IMG/VR virus record: IMGVR_UViG_3300047550_001767
Coordinates: 1-64,000 of that record
Direction: 5' to 3' (one strand)
Source of the DNA: a virus
DNA: 64,000 nucleotides
Of the stretch, positions 1-7,931 are shown piece after piece. Numbering within the stretch: the stretch's first letter is position 1; every line of letters starts with the position of its first letter. The notes below the pieces were generated by a model. It was given only the letters and a program-made list of their open reading frames with translations, was not told the DNA's origin and ran no database searches. The translations under genes and the position numbers were made by a program.

Positions 1-476
1 TCGCTAGACTTACCATCGTACTTAGCCTCGTACAATGCGGGCACAGTTTTAATAAATTCGCCAACCTTGTGACGTTTCAAGTCAGCATTGACCGCATAGT
101 CATTTGCGATATTAAAGATTTGCGGGTCACGATCACCGCGACGGCCCATGTGATCATAGACAACATGCAACACTTCATGCGCTACAAGAAATTCAACTTC
201 TTTAACCTTGAGCAACATGATAAATCGTGAATTATAATAAAACTTGCGGCCATCGGTTGCAGCAGTTGCACACCAATCGTCAGCATTAACCAATTGTAAT
301 CTAGTAGCAAGATTACCGAAAAATGAATGACGTAAAAGTAGACCAACGCGGGCAGTAATCAATCGCTCACGTGCCTGCGTATCAATTTTCTTATCAGTAG
401 GACCAATAAGATTGTCAAACTTTTTATTGCGTTTAGACTTTTTGTTGCCTTTAGTGCCTGGGATTACATCTGACAT
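1..476 (-). CDS. HExxH metallopeptidase-like protein (DUF2201/vWA-associated type), N-terminal part; runs off the window
   Basis: Manual translation from ATG at 476: MSDVIPGTKG...TAATDGRKFYYN...FLVAHEVLHVVYDHMGRR...NIANDYAVN. No stop before base 1. This family typically accompanies MoxR-like ATPases. Confidence 0.8.
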   Translation of the reverse strand, partial: MSDVIPGTKGNKKSKRNKKFDNLIGPTDKKIDTQARERLITARVGLLLRHSFFGNLATRLQLVNADDWCATAATDGRKFYYNSRFIMLLKVKEVEFLVAHEVLHVVYDHMGRRGDRDPQIFNIANDYAVNADLKRHKVGEFIKTVPALYEAKYDGKSS

Positions 477-506
477 ATTGATTACCTGAGAGTTCATCAT
501 ATGTAT

Positions 507-535
507 ATTATAGTATATATCGGTGTCAAAGTCAA
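507..535 (-). promoter_or_regulatory. sigma70-type early promoter
   Basis: TTGACT(535-530)-17 nt-TATAAT(512-507) upstream of the ATG at 476. Confidence 0.8.
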
Positions 536-551
536 TTACTATATGAGTATG

Positions 552-564
552 TAAGTTATTGATA
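552..564 (-). promoter_or_regulatory. Putative IHF binding site
   Basis: TATCAATAACTTA matches WATCAANNNNTTR, 16 nt upstream of the -35 box. Confidence 0.55.
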
Positions 565-567
565 TTA

Positions 568-1320
568 TTAAGATTTCTTAAAAACGGGTATAGGCATCAT
601 TTTGTGTAAATTTCTACTACGTATTTGCCTGTATTTTTCTAGATTGTTTTTAGCCTTTTTACTTTTCGGGACAGTACCATTTTCATCGTATAGCATGGCT
701 TCCTCAAGACTAGGATAATCCATACCAAGTTGGTCCTCGTCAGTCCTTCCATCGCTCCACAATCCGTCAGTAGGTTTAGCGTCGATGATATCCTGTAGTA
801 TACCCAAATCACGACCTAATTGCCAAACTTCAGTTTTCATCAAGTCAGCAATTGGACTGATATCGACACCGCCATCACCATACTTGGTAAAGAATCCTAC
901 TCCAAAATCTTCTACCTTGTTACCAGTACCTACCACAATACCATTTACACTTTGTGCAACTTGGTATAGTGCCATCATGCGAATACGGCTACGTGAATTG
1001 GCAAATCCAAGTTCGCTATTAAAATTTGGCAAACTTAATGCACTATCAAAAACGTCATAGGTTCTAGTCAAATCAATATTAATATGTTTGACATTTTTAA
1101 AATTGTGTGTGAGCCATTGTGCGTGACGCACACTCAAACTATGTGTTTGTTCACTTTGACGAATTGGCATCGTGAGAGCATACGTTTTTAATTTGGTATG
1201 TGCGCAAAGTGTACTCACTACACTACTATCAATACCACCGCTTACACCTACAACCAACGCTTTAATATTATTACGTTTGGCGTAGTCTTTAATCCATTTT
1301 GGAATTTGATTAGACAACAT
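568..1320 (-). CDS. nadE: NH3-dependent NAD+ synthetase
   Basis: VSGGIDSS PP-loop, N-x-x-S-R-x-R-M, GTGNKVE, GFFTKYGDGGVD, DLMKTEV, PTDGLW, DEDQLG; no glutaminase domain. Confidence 0.93.
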   Translation of the reverse strand: MLSNQIPKWIKDYAKRNNIKALVVGVSGGIDSSVVSTLCAHTKLKTYALTMPIRQSEQTHSLSVRHAQWLTHNFKNVKHINIDLTRTYDVFDSALSLPNFNSELGFANSRSRIRMMALYQVAQSVNGIVVGTGNKVEDFGVGFFTKYGDGGVDISPIADLMKTEVWQLGRDLGILQDIIDAKPTDGLWSDGRTDEDQLGMDYPSLEEAMLYDENGTVPKSKKAKNNLEKYRQIRSRNLHKMMPIPVFKKS

Positions 1321-1328
1321 TTAAAGTA

Positions 1329-1384
1329 CCTGCTTGATAGTCACTAGTAGACTCTCACATTTACTTAGTAGACTACCAAGCAGG
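1329..1384 (-). promoter_or_regulatory. Long imperfect hairpin covering the nadE ribosome-binding site, with a late-promoter-like CTAAGTA inside
   Basis: Arms CCTGCTTGGTAGTC / GACTATCAAGCAGG; CTAAGTA at 1368-1362; the SD-like CAGGT lies in the 3' arm. Confidence 0.6.
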
Positions 1385-1395
1385 ATTTTTTTTAA

Positions 1396-2490
1396 TTAGT
1401 TTGATTGATCAACAATGTATCGACCATACTTTTGATGGAAGTCATCAAAGTTCTTCAACTGACTGGGTTCGATGGGCAACTTGAAAGTCTTGAGTGCAAC
1501 CTTAGCACCCATAACAACCAGTTCAGTCTCAAAGTTAGCCATCATGTAACTAAAGAAATTGTCACACATAGTGTGGAACTTCTTCATATCAACCTTGTTT
1601 TCAATAGCATCACGCAATTCGTAACACATTGAAGTAGTCAACGAATACATTGCCGAAATTTCTTTCACATTAAGGTCCTTGACCTTACCGTTGAGAATGT
1701 CAGTAGGGTTGGGCAACTTGCCTACATGTTTACGGTGAGCCATAAACTTGACTGCAAGACCCTCGCCTACAGCACCTGCGACAAGATTAAACATCGTGTC
1801 GTTATCGGTGTCTGCTTCATCTTCAAGCAATTGCGAAACGAATGTCCAACTACGCGGGGTAGCGAATGCGCGGCTAGCACCCTTACTGTCAAAGTCATAC
1901 AAGTCATTTTTAGCAAACGACAAGTAACCCACAACGTCAGTATGAATACCTGCATTCACAGCCCAATTCTGCCATGACGTAAAATCAGCTCGCATTTCAA
2001 TATGCAAGAAACGATTAGCAAGAGGCATGGGCATACGATACGTGACACCTTTGTCAGACTCACGGTTACCCGCAGCGACAATAACGACATTATCGGGCAG
2101 TCGATATTTGCCTACAGCACGATTGAGTACCAACTGATAACCTGCAGCCTGTACAGCAGGTGCAGCACTATTCATTTCGTCGAGAAACAATACGATGACG
2201 GGATACTTGCTAGCAAGTTCATCATCGGGCAGATCGATAGGCGGAGCCCAGTCCATCTTGCCAACATCTTTATTGTAGTAGGGGATACCACGCAAGTCAG
2301 TAGGCTCCATTTGCGCCATGCGCAAGTCAATCATGTAGCCACCAAGTTCATTCGTAATTTCTTGAACGACCTCAGACTTGCCGATGCCGGGAGGGCCCCA
2401 GAGAAACACGGGACGTTTCGCCTTGAATGCCTTCAGCAACGCCTTGCGTGCCTGAACGCTAGTAACAGTCAAATTATCAGAAATAGCCAT
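1396..2490 (-). CDS. MoxR-like AAA+ ATPase
   Basis: Walker A GPPGIGKS, Walker B LFLDEMN, AAGNR, LANRF, TPRSW. Start placed at MAISD (2490) after AGGAG. Confidence 0.88.
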   Translation of the reverse strand: MAISDNLTVTSVQARKALLKAFKAKRPVFLWGPPGIGKSEVVQEITNELGGYMIDLRMAQMEPTDLRGIPYYNKDVGKMDWAPPIDLPDDELASKYPVIVLFLDEMNSAAPAVQAAGYQLVLNRAVGKYRLPDNVVIVAAGNRESDKGVTYRMPMPLANRFLHIEMRADFTSWQNWAVNAGIHTDVVGYLSFAKNDLYDFDSKGASRAFATPRSWTFVSQLLEDEADTDNDTMFNLVAGAVGEGLAVKFMAHRKHVGKLPNPTDILNGKVKDLNVKEISAMYSLTTSMCYELRDAIENKVDMKKFHTMCDNFFSYMMANFETELVVMGAKVALKTFKLPIEPSQLKNFDDFHQKYGRYIVDQSN

Positions 2491-2521
2491 GTGAGAGTCT
2501 CCTATCAATTAATGTATAGAC

Positions 2522-2550
2522 AGCCTATACGATATCACACCTGTTGTCAA
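2522..2550 (-). promoter_or_regulatory. sigma70-type early promoter
   Basis: TTGACA(2550-2545)-17 nt-TAGGCT(2527-2522). Confidence 0.6.
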
Positions 2551-2822
2551 GCCCGATATCGCTCATAATTGCGAATTGGGCTATAACGATTGGTGTGCTT
2601 CTCCTTGAGTTTCACACCAATAGTACGATCACCAAGCGCCGTGAGCAATGTACCGAGGTCCATGTCCTCTTCAAGGTACACCGTCAGACCTTTCTGATAA
2701 GAGTATTCCGAAATCTTATCAGCGATACCCAGGTCGTGCAGCATCTTGCGCTTGACCGCAACCCAGCCATGACCGGGGTCGGCATAGAATTTAAGAGTAA
2801 TCAACTTTTCTTGCTGAAACAT
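2547..2822 (-). CDS. Small phage early protein (DPGHGW...YLEED motif), function unknown
   Basis: 91-aa ORF with GGAG RBS and its own promoter. Confidence 0.8.
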   Translation of the reverse strand: MFQQEKLITLKFYADPGHGWVAVKRKMLHDLGIADKISEYSYQKGLTVYLEEDMDLGTLLTALGDRTIGVKLKEKHTNRYSPIRNYERYRA

Positions 2823-2852
2823 TTTGTTGCTCCGTAACTCAACGATATAGAT

Positions 2853-2881
2853 ATGGTATCACCAATCGTTCCCAATGTCAA
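2853..2881 (-). promoter_or_regulatory. sigma70-type early promoter
   Basis: TTGACA(2881-2876)-17 nt-TACCAT(2858-2853). Confidence 0.7.
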
Positions 2882-2884
2882 GCC

Positions 2885-3142
2885 TTATGAAAATTCGTAA
2901 AACTTGATATTGGAATCGAGGGACATAAGTTCCCTAGCAGCCGTCGTCAATTCACGATGACGGGCCTGAACCTGACTGCGGGGTAACTCGCCATCGCAGG
3001 TAAGATTCTCTGGGCTGAGGTCGCTAGAAATACGGTCAGCGACACGTTGACGGCCCTTAGAAGTCTGGACCTCATACTGCTCGCCCTTGAAAAGAGCATT
3101 CCAGCGATTCATTTGGTCAATGTATGCTTGCAACGTTTTCAT
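2885..3142 (-). CDS. Small phage early protein (LSPENLTCDGE motif), function unknown
   Basis: 85-aa ORF with GGAG RBS and its own promoter. Confidence 0.8.
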   Translation of the reverse strand: MKTLQAYIDQMNRWNALFKGEQYEVQTSKGRQRVADRISSDLSPENLTCDGELPRSQVQARHRELTTAARELMSLDSNIKFYEFS

Positions 3143-3171
3143 ATCAATCTCCGTAACTCGACTATATGTTA

Positions 3172-3200
3172 ATTATGAACCCAAACGCTCCCAAAGTCAA
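3172..3200 (-). promoter_or_regulatory. sigma70-type early promoter
   Basis: TTGACT(3200-3195)-17 nt-CATAAT(3177-3172), with an A-tract upstream. Confidence 0.75.
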
Positions 3201-3218
3201 GCCTTTTTTGAGGGTGTG

Positions 3219-3231
3219 TAAGTTGTTGATT
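3219..3231 (-). promoter_or_regulatory. Putative IHF binding site
   Basis: AATCAACAACTTA matches WATCAANNNNTTR, 18 nt upstream of the -35 box. Confidence 0.55.
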
Positions 3232-3234
3232 CTA

Positions 3235-3360
3235 TTAGGGTTTATTATAGTCTGTGGCCTGTGATGCTAGATAACCTAGCAGGCCTGCTAGCATAGCAAA
3301 GGCGAAAGTAAAGCCCAGACTCATTAGAATTCCAATTATTACCTGTAATTCTATGCTCAT
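3235..3360 (-). CDS. 41-aa single-pass membrane protein (absent from the ORF track)
   Basis: MSIELQVIIGILMSLGFTFAFAMLAGLLGYLASQATDYNKP*; ATGA overlap with the stop of the upstream gene. Confidence 0.7.
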   Translation of the reverse strand: MSIELQVIIGILMSLGFTFAFAMLAGLLGYLASQATDYNKP

Positions 3361-3617
3361 TGTGTGAGCCTCAATATCAATAGCATCTTTTCACAATAGT
3401 CTATGGCATTTGCCAATTCTTCACGTGGCTTGTTGGCTAGATAGGGCTTGTGTAATTGTCTGGCACGTACTTCAGCACTACCTAATACCCCTACTAATTT
3501 TTGGGCATTCTTTATTAATTTACGTAAATCGCTATTAAAATTTAGGCTACGTGCCTGTTTATCAAGGTCATCAACAATATAACTAGCATCTAGTGCTGTT
3601 TCAAATCTACGATGCAC
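3357..3617 (-). CDS. Hypothetical helical protein
   Basis: ORF track 3357..3695; GTG at 3617, just after the upstream stop, is the likelier start. Confidence 0.65.
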   Translation of the reverse strand: MHRRFETALDASYIVDDLDKQARSLNFNSDLRKLIKNAQKLVGVLGSAEVRARQLHKPYLANKPREELANAIDYCEKMLLILRLTQ

Positions 3618-3618
3618 G

Positions 3619-4409
3619 TTACTTGAGTCCCATCTCCTTACGGATTTTTGTTGCACTGATTGAGTGTGTCGCATCGTCAAAAACCTCTTGTTCAATTTTG
3701 TAACCTACATCACGCCCATATGTAATGTTTACAATATTGGGCACTACCTGTATAGTATACATGCCTTGATAGAGAGGGTCAAGATCGTGGCGAATACGAT
3801 CCATAACTTGATCGATAGCAAATGGGTTACTATCATTCCAACCCTGGCAGTCACGTATCATTATACATACCTGACCCGTTTTTGCCAACGCACGTTCAAA
3901 CAATGCACGATGACCTGCATGCCATGGTTGCCAGCGACCTAACATCTGTACCGTTTCTTTACGCCAATCAAATATTGGTCTACGGTTATCTCTTAATATA
4001 TGTTCGGCAACATATGTTGCCCAGTATTCTCCCTTTTGCTCATTGATGCGAAAATCATAAACTGTAGGAGGGATGAATACTTTATTAGTATCTTCAAAGC
4101 GTCCTTTTTCAATAGTGTCTATCCATATTGTCCAGTCAGCCTTAAAGTTGTTGCGCATTTCTACAAGCGGTGCAACAAAATCGCAAATTACATAATCGGC
4201 TTTACTCTTTTCAGCAAGTTCATACATTCTATGTGATTGTCTAATACGACCTTCGTGACTAAAATCCCAATCGTTAAATTGTTTTCTAACATCGTCAGCA
4301 TTAAACCATTCAACGGTTACGCCAATAATTGCTTCTAATTCTTTTTTCAATAAGTTTGAAAAATAAGTTTTGCCTGAACCGGGTAATCCCATTACTAAAA
4401 TTTTTTCAT
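3619..4409 (-). CDS. APS-kinase-like P-loop kinase fused to an HxGH nucleotidyltransferase; 5' end apparently frameshifted
   Basis: GLPGSGKT, NADDVR..DFS.EGR.RQ and CDFVAP (CysC-like); GRWQPWHAGH and ISATKIR (HIGH family). The coupled ATG at 4409 is out of frame; the in-frame ATG is at 4392. Confidence 0.8.
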
Positions 4410-7075
4410 TATTTCCTCAATAAAGGTGGTCTGCCGTCTCTACTTACACTAAAACCAAATGCCTTAGCATTTTTTTTGATGCTATCTGGCTTAACGTCCA
4501 CAGTTAGAGCGGTCTTAAATCGTGGATCGTTCTTTTCTTTCTCACTAGGTATATAACCACTTGCTTCTTTGGTTACTTTTTTAATAGGACTGTATAACAT
4601 GAACACGCCTTGGCTATTTGGACCTACTGATTTCCAACCTGGTAAACTAGGCAGTAATCTTTTTACCAACGCTGAATATAATTTAATGCGACTATCTTCT
4701 GCTGCTTGGAAATACAGATATGTTGCTTTCTTTTTCTTAACAAATTGCAGTATACCATTAGTCACTATGCCAAACACTTCTGCTGCTGCGCCTGTACCTT
4801 CTATACCTTGCTTACCCTTCTTCCATGGACTGCGCTTGCTTTTTTGTTCAAATTCTACAAAATATCCATTATCATAATATTGATCGCTAGCGTTTGGTAA
4901 CATTTCATATGGATCAATTTGTTCTGGGGCAAGTCCTACATCTAAGAAACTAAGTTCATATGGTTGTCCATTACTAGCAACAAAGTCTAATGTCATCATG
5001 CTAGGGTCATCAAAATACCACTCTGCTTTATTAGTCTTGCCTGGCTTTGTGTCTAATACTTCTTTCACTACTTTTCCCTGCACAGCAGTTGTTTTAGTTG
5101 GTTCAGGAGCAGTTGATTTTTTGGCATTCGGCATGAATTTGTTTATGGATTGTAATGTAAGAGGTCCTAATACCCCATCAACATCTAGGTTAGCATTATA
5201 CTTTTTGTTTAGAAACTTTTGTATCTTACGTACTGCTTCTGCTTTTGATTCCATTAATGGGCTTTCGCCTTTATAATCACGTATAACACCTCTGCCGTCC
5301 CACTTAGCACAGCACATACGCTCAGTCACCCAATCGTTAATATCTTTATGGAAGCAAAACCCTTTTTCTTTTACAGTATCTTTGCCAGGCAGTGTAACTA
5401 AATCAACACGCTTGCTCATAGCGATGTATTCTTTGTTAGGTGGTTTTAATCCACCATACTTGTTTAGTTCATCTTTGCCTACAGGTTTTTCGCTATCTTT
5501 TTTCCACCATACACAATTTTTACAATTGGTACCTTCAATAAACTTTACACTTTCTTTCACTTTTTTAGACCCTACTTTTTGTAATAGGAACGGGGTGTCG
5601 CCTCTGTTAAGTATAATTGAACTTACAGGTTTTGGAATAGTATCGGGATCAATTTGCTTATATCCAAACTTACTAGCAAAACGATTTACAAAAGCCTGAT
5701 ACAACTTTGCACGGCTAGGTTCTTTAGCACCAAACATTAAAAATTTAGTTTTATGTTTGTTTAAATATTCTTCAATTGTTTTTACTAATGTAGCAAATAC
5801 TGTATATTGATCGCCGGCATTGTCAATACCAAAATTGTCTCCCCAAGGCCCAACTGCTCTGCTAAATTCAATAGCAGTCAAATCATGTTTTGGAAAATTA
5901 TAAAAATTATATTTTAGTATATTTTTGTTTTTATCTTGTGCTGCCGCTGTATACAAAGTATACATTTGACTGACTGGTGCATCAGTCATATAGTTATCCT
6001 GACTCCAATAAACTTTAGCAGCACTTTTTTTATCTAATATTTCATTCACATTGTAAGTAGGATCTACCTTTTGTCTTGGCATGCCTTTAGGCTGTTTAGG
6101 ATCAACAGGATCAATGTCTGTAGTATCAAGACCTAATTTCTTTAATGCTTGAATATATTTGTGTTCAATATCTTCGTCGCCAAACGCCATGATAGTACTA
6201 GGTGGACCTTTACCAAATTTACTTTTATCTGCTCTGTCAAGGTTACTAATAGTCTGACCTAATTTATACCAATCGTATACGTCACTTACATCGACACGCA
6301 CTGTACCCTGTGGCATTGTAGGCTTAAACTCTGGTCCTGGTGGTGTATCGTTTGGGTGATAATCCTCTAAACTTAATTCATTACTATGTAATTCATTTTT
6401 TAAATCATATAGTTTTTTTATCATTCCTGTTTTACGCAGGGCTTTGAATGCTAAGTTTTCCGGACCAAATTCTCCAGTTCGCTCTAAGCCTGCTTGACGA
6501 TAACGTTTAATGATATCCTGTACTTTCTTAATACGTGAAAGGCTTCGTGTTTTAATTGCTAACTCTATTAATTCACCTAACTTTTCATATTTTAATTTTG
6601 TTGAAATTTGATCAAAATTGGCTCGGCGCTTTACTGGTATTTTTAACCAATCTTTTTTTAAAACACTATATTCGCCCAAACTATGATGGGGTTGATTACT
6701 ATCCTGTACGTATAGTTCTACAGGCACACCATGAACTTTTAAATTGTGTGTATCATTATAAACTGTTTTTTTGGCATTAAACAATTCTTTGTAAATTTCA
6801 TCGTCTGGTAATTTTTTAAAATCAACGATAATATGTAAATCTAAATCGCTATGGGGAGTATATGAATATGCTGCATTACTACCTGAAATCGTAATATCTT
6901 CTACTTTTAAACTGCTTAATCCTAATTCTGACATAAAGTCTTTAGCAATTTCCATTAATTTGTCATGTACTTCAGGGTCAAGGTGTGCCTTCTCAGTCCA
7001 TAACGCAGGATTAAGTTTATCGTGAAACTTTACAGCATCACTTAGTTTAAAACTTTCAAGTTCTTTAATATCCAT
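4409..7075 (-). CDS. 888-aa multidomain protein: Pol-beta-type nucleotidyltransferase, two paralogous domains, a Cys-rich domain and a peptidoglycan-binding-like domain
   Basis: GSNAAY...SDLDLH...VELY; duplicated SR(A/I)KLY domain; CKNC...GFC...CCAKW; IQKFLN...LDVDGVLGPLT. Confidence 0.75.
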   Translation of the reverse strand: MDIKELESFKLSDAVKFHDKLNPALWTEKAHLDPEVHDKLMEIAKDFMSELGLSSLKVEDITISGSNAAYSYTPHSDLDLHIIVDFKKLPDDEIYKELFNAKKTVYNDTHNLKVHGVPVELYVQDSNQPHHSLGEYSVLKKDWLKIPVKRRANFDQISTKLKYEKLGELIELAIKTRSLSRIKKVQDIIKRYRQAGLERTGEFGPENLAFKALRKTGMIKKLYDLKNELHSNELSLEDYHPNDTPPGPEFKPTMPQGTVRVDVSDVYDWYKLGQTISNLDRADKSKFGKGPPSTIMAFGDEDIEHKYIQALKKLGLDTTDIDPVDPKQPKGMPRQKVDPTYNVNEILDKKSAAKVYWSQDNYMTDAPVSQMYTLYTAAAQDKNKNILKYNFYNFPKHDLTAIEFSRAVGPWGDNFGIDNAGDQYTVFATLVKTIEEYLNKHKTKFLMFGAKEPSRAKLYQAFVNRFASKFGYKQIDPDTIPKPVSSIILNRGDTPFLLQKVGSKKVKESVKFIEGTNCKNCVWWKKDSEKPVGKDELNKYGGLKPPNKEYIAMSKRVDLVTLPGKDTVKEKGFCFHKDINDWVTERMCCAKWDGRGVIRDYKGESPLMESKAEAVRKIQKFLNKKYNANLDVDGVLGPLTLQSINKFMPNAKKSTAPEPTKTTAVQGKVVKEVLDTKPGKTNKAEWYFDDPSMMTLDFVASNGQPYELSFLDVGLAPEQIDPYEMLPNASDQYYDNGYFVEFEQKSKRSPWKKGKQGIEGTGAAAEVFGIVTNGILQFVKKKKATYLYFQAAEDSRIKLYSALVKRLLPSLPGWKSVGPNSQGVFMLYSPIKKVTKEASGYIPSEKEKNDPRFKTALTVDVKPDSIKKNAKAFGFSVSRDGRPPLLRK

Positions 7076-7080
7076 ATCTG

Positions 7081-7087
7081 TATTTAG
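7081..7087 (-). promoter_or_regulatory. T4-like late promoter
   Basis: CTAAATA 5 nt before the ATG at 7075. Confidence 0.6.
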
Positions 7088-7567
7088 TTATTCCAATATC
7101 TCAAAGGTAAGATGTATTCTAGGGCTAGTACCAGCATTTACAAACGTATGGGGGCGACCATTGTTAACAATGTATACACTACCGTCTGCAGGCATACTAA
7201 AACACCGATGTTCGTATACAAACCAGCAGCCAGGATTAGTAATTAATGGAATATGAAAGCATAATTGTCCAACATCTACATGCCAATTATAAGCAGTATT
7301 TGGCATTATACTACGATAGGTTATACTATTAAAATCAAATATTTTCTTAATATCATCTGCAACTTCCAGCGTATATGATAATTGTGTTTTTTCATTGGCC
7401 CATTCATTACATTTAAGTACGTGAAACTTTTTCTGCACAAGCACTTGATTACCATGATTGCTGACATCTAGTAATTTGTCTTGAACCGTATAATATTCTT
7501 GTAATAAGGTAGATAAATTTGCTTTGATATTAGGAAATTTGTCAAGAAAAGGCACAGTTGCTTTCAT
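7088..7567 (-). CDS. 2OG-Fe(II) oxygenase (Asp/Asn beta-hydroxylase-like)
   Basis: WHVD...FHIPLITN...PHTFVNAG..PRIHL facial-triad pattern. Start placed at MKATV (7567) because the longer ORF runs into the tmRNA and terminator. Confidence 0.75.
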   Translation of the reverse strand: MKATVPFLDKFPNIKANLSTLLQEYYTVQDKLLDVSNHGNQVLVQKKFHVLKCNEWANEKTQLSYTLEVADDIKKIFDFNSITYRSIMPNTAYNWHVDVGQLCFHIPLITNPGCWFVYEHRCFSMPADGSVYIVNNGRPHTFVNAGTSPRIHLTFEILE

Positions 7568-7572
7568 CAAAA

Positions 7573-7580
7573 TATTTATA
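7573..7580 (-). promoter_or_regulatory. T4-like late promoter
   Basis: Exact TATAAATA 5 nt before the ATG at 7567. Confidence 0.65.
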
Positions 7581-7606
7581 AAAAGAAAGGTCCCGTAGGA
7601 CCTTTC
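7580..7606 (-). terminator. Intrinsic terminator at the end of the tmRNA coding piece
   Basis: GAAAGGTCC-TACG-GGACCTTTC, a perfect 9-bp stem followed by TTTTT. Confidence 0.85.
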
Positions 7607-7926
7607 CTGACTATTGGTTAATAAGGGTGTCACCCCCATCTAGTGTGCCCTTAGGCTGCTAGAGCAAATGTTTCATCATTTGCGTTTACTTTGTTTTACG
7701 CTAATTACGTTAGTCGTCTTTCGGACTGTCTGTTTGGGTACTACTTGCCCTGTCGAAACTAGTCATCCCCTCTGGAGGATTTCCCCATCCTACTAATCTA
7801 GACCATTCACGTTCTGTATAGAACAAATTTCGTGGGCTATCTACTAATTTGGTGGAGATGGTGGGATTCGCACCCACGTCCAAAACATTTTTCCCGTCAC
7901 TTCCTACAGTCATATCAACCTCTACT
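7585..7926 (-). ncRNA. ssrA: Circularly permuted (two-piece) tmRNA; tag ANDETFALAA*
   Basis: The acceptor piece ends GGAC-GTGGG-TGCGAAT-CCCAC-CATCTCC-A-CCA at 7850. After a 79-nt spacer the coding piece starts GGGGATG at 7770, giving a 7-bp acceptor stem with G3-U70. The tag frame 7683-7651 reads GCA AAT GAT GAA ACA TTT GCT CTA GCA GCC TAA. The 5' boundary is approximate. Confidence 0.95.
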
Positions 7927-7931
7927 ATAGG

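Noticed and set aside
7568-7639. N-terminal extension of the oxygenase ORF in the track
   Set aside because: It runs through the tmRNA 3' region and terminator. The ATG at 7567 follows a TATAAATA box.
7850-7881. Stand-alone tRNA fragment or attachment site
   Set aside because: It pairs with the downstream GGGGATG and is explained as the acceptor piece of the permuted tmRNA. No integrase is present.
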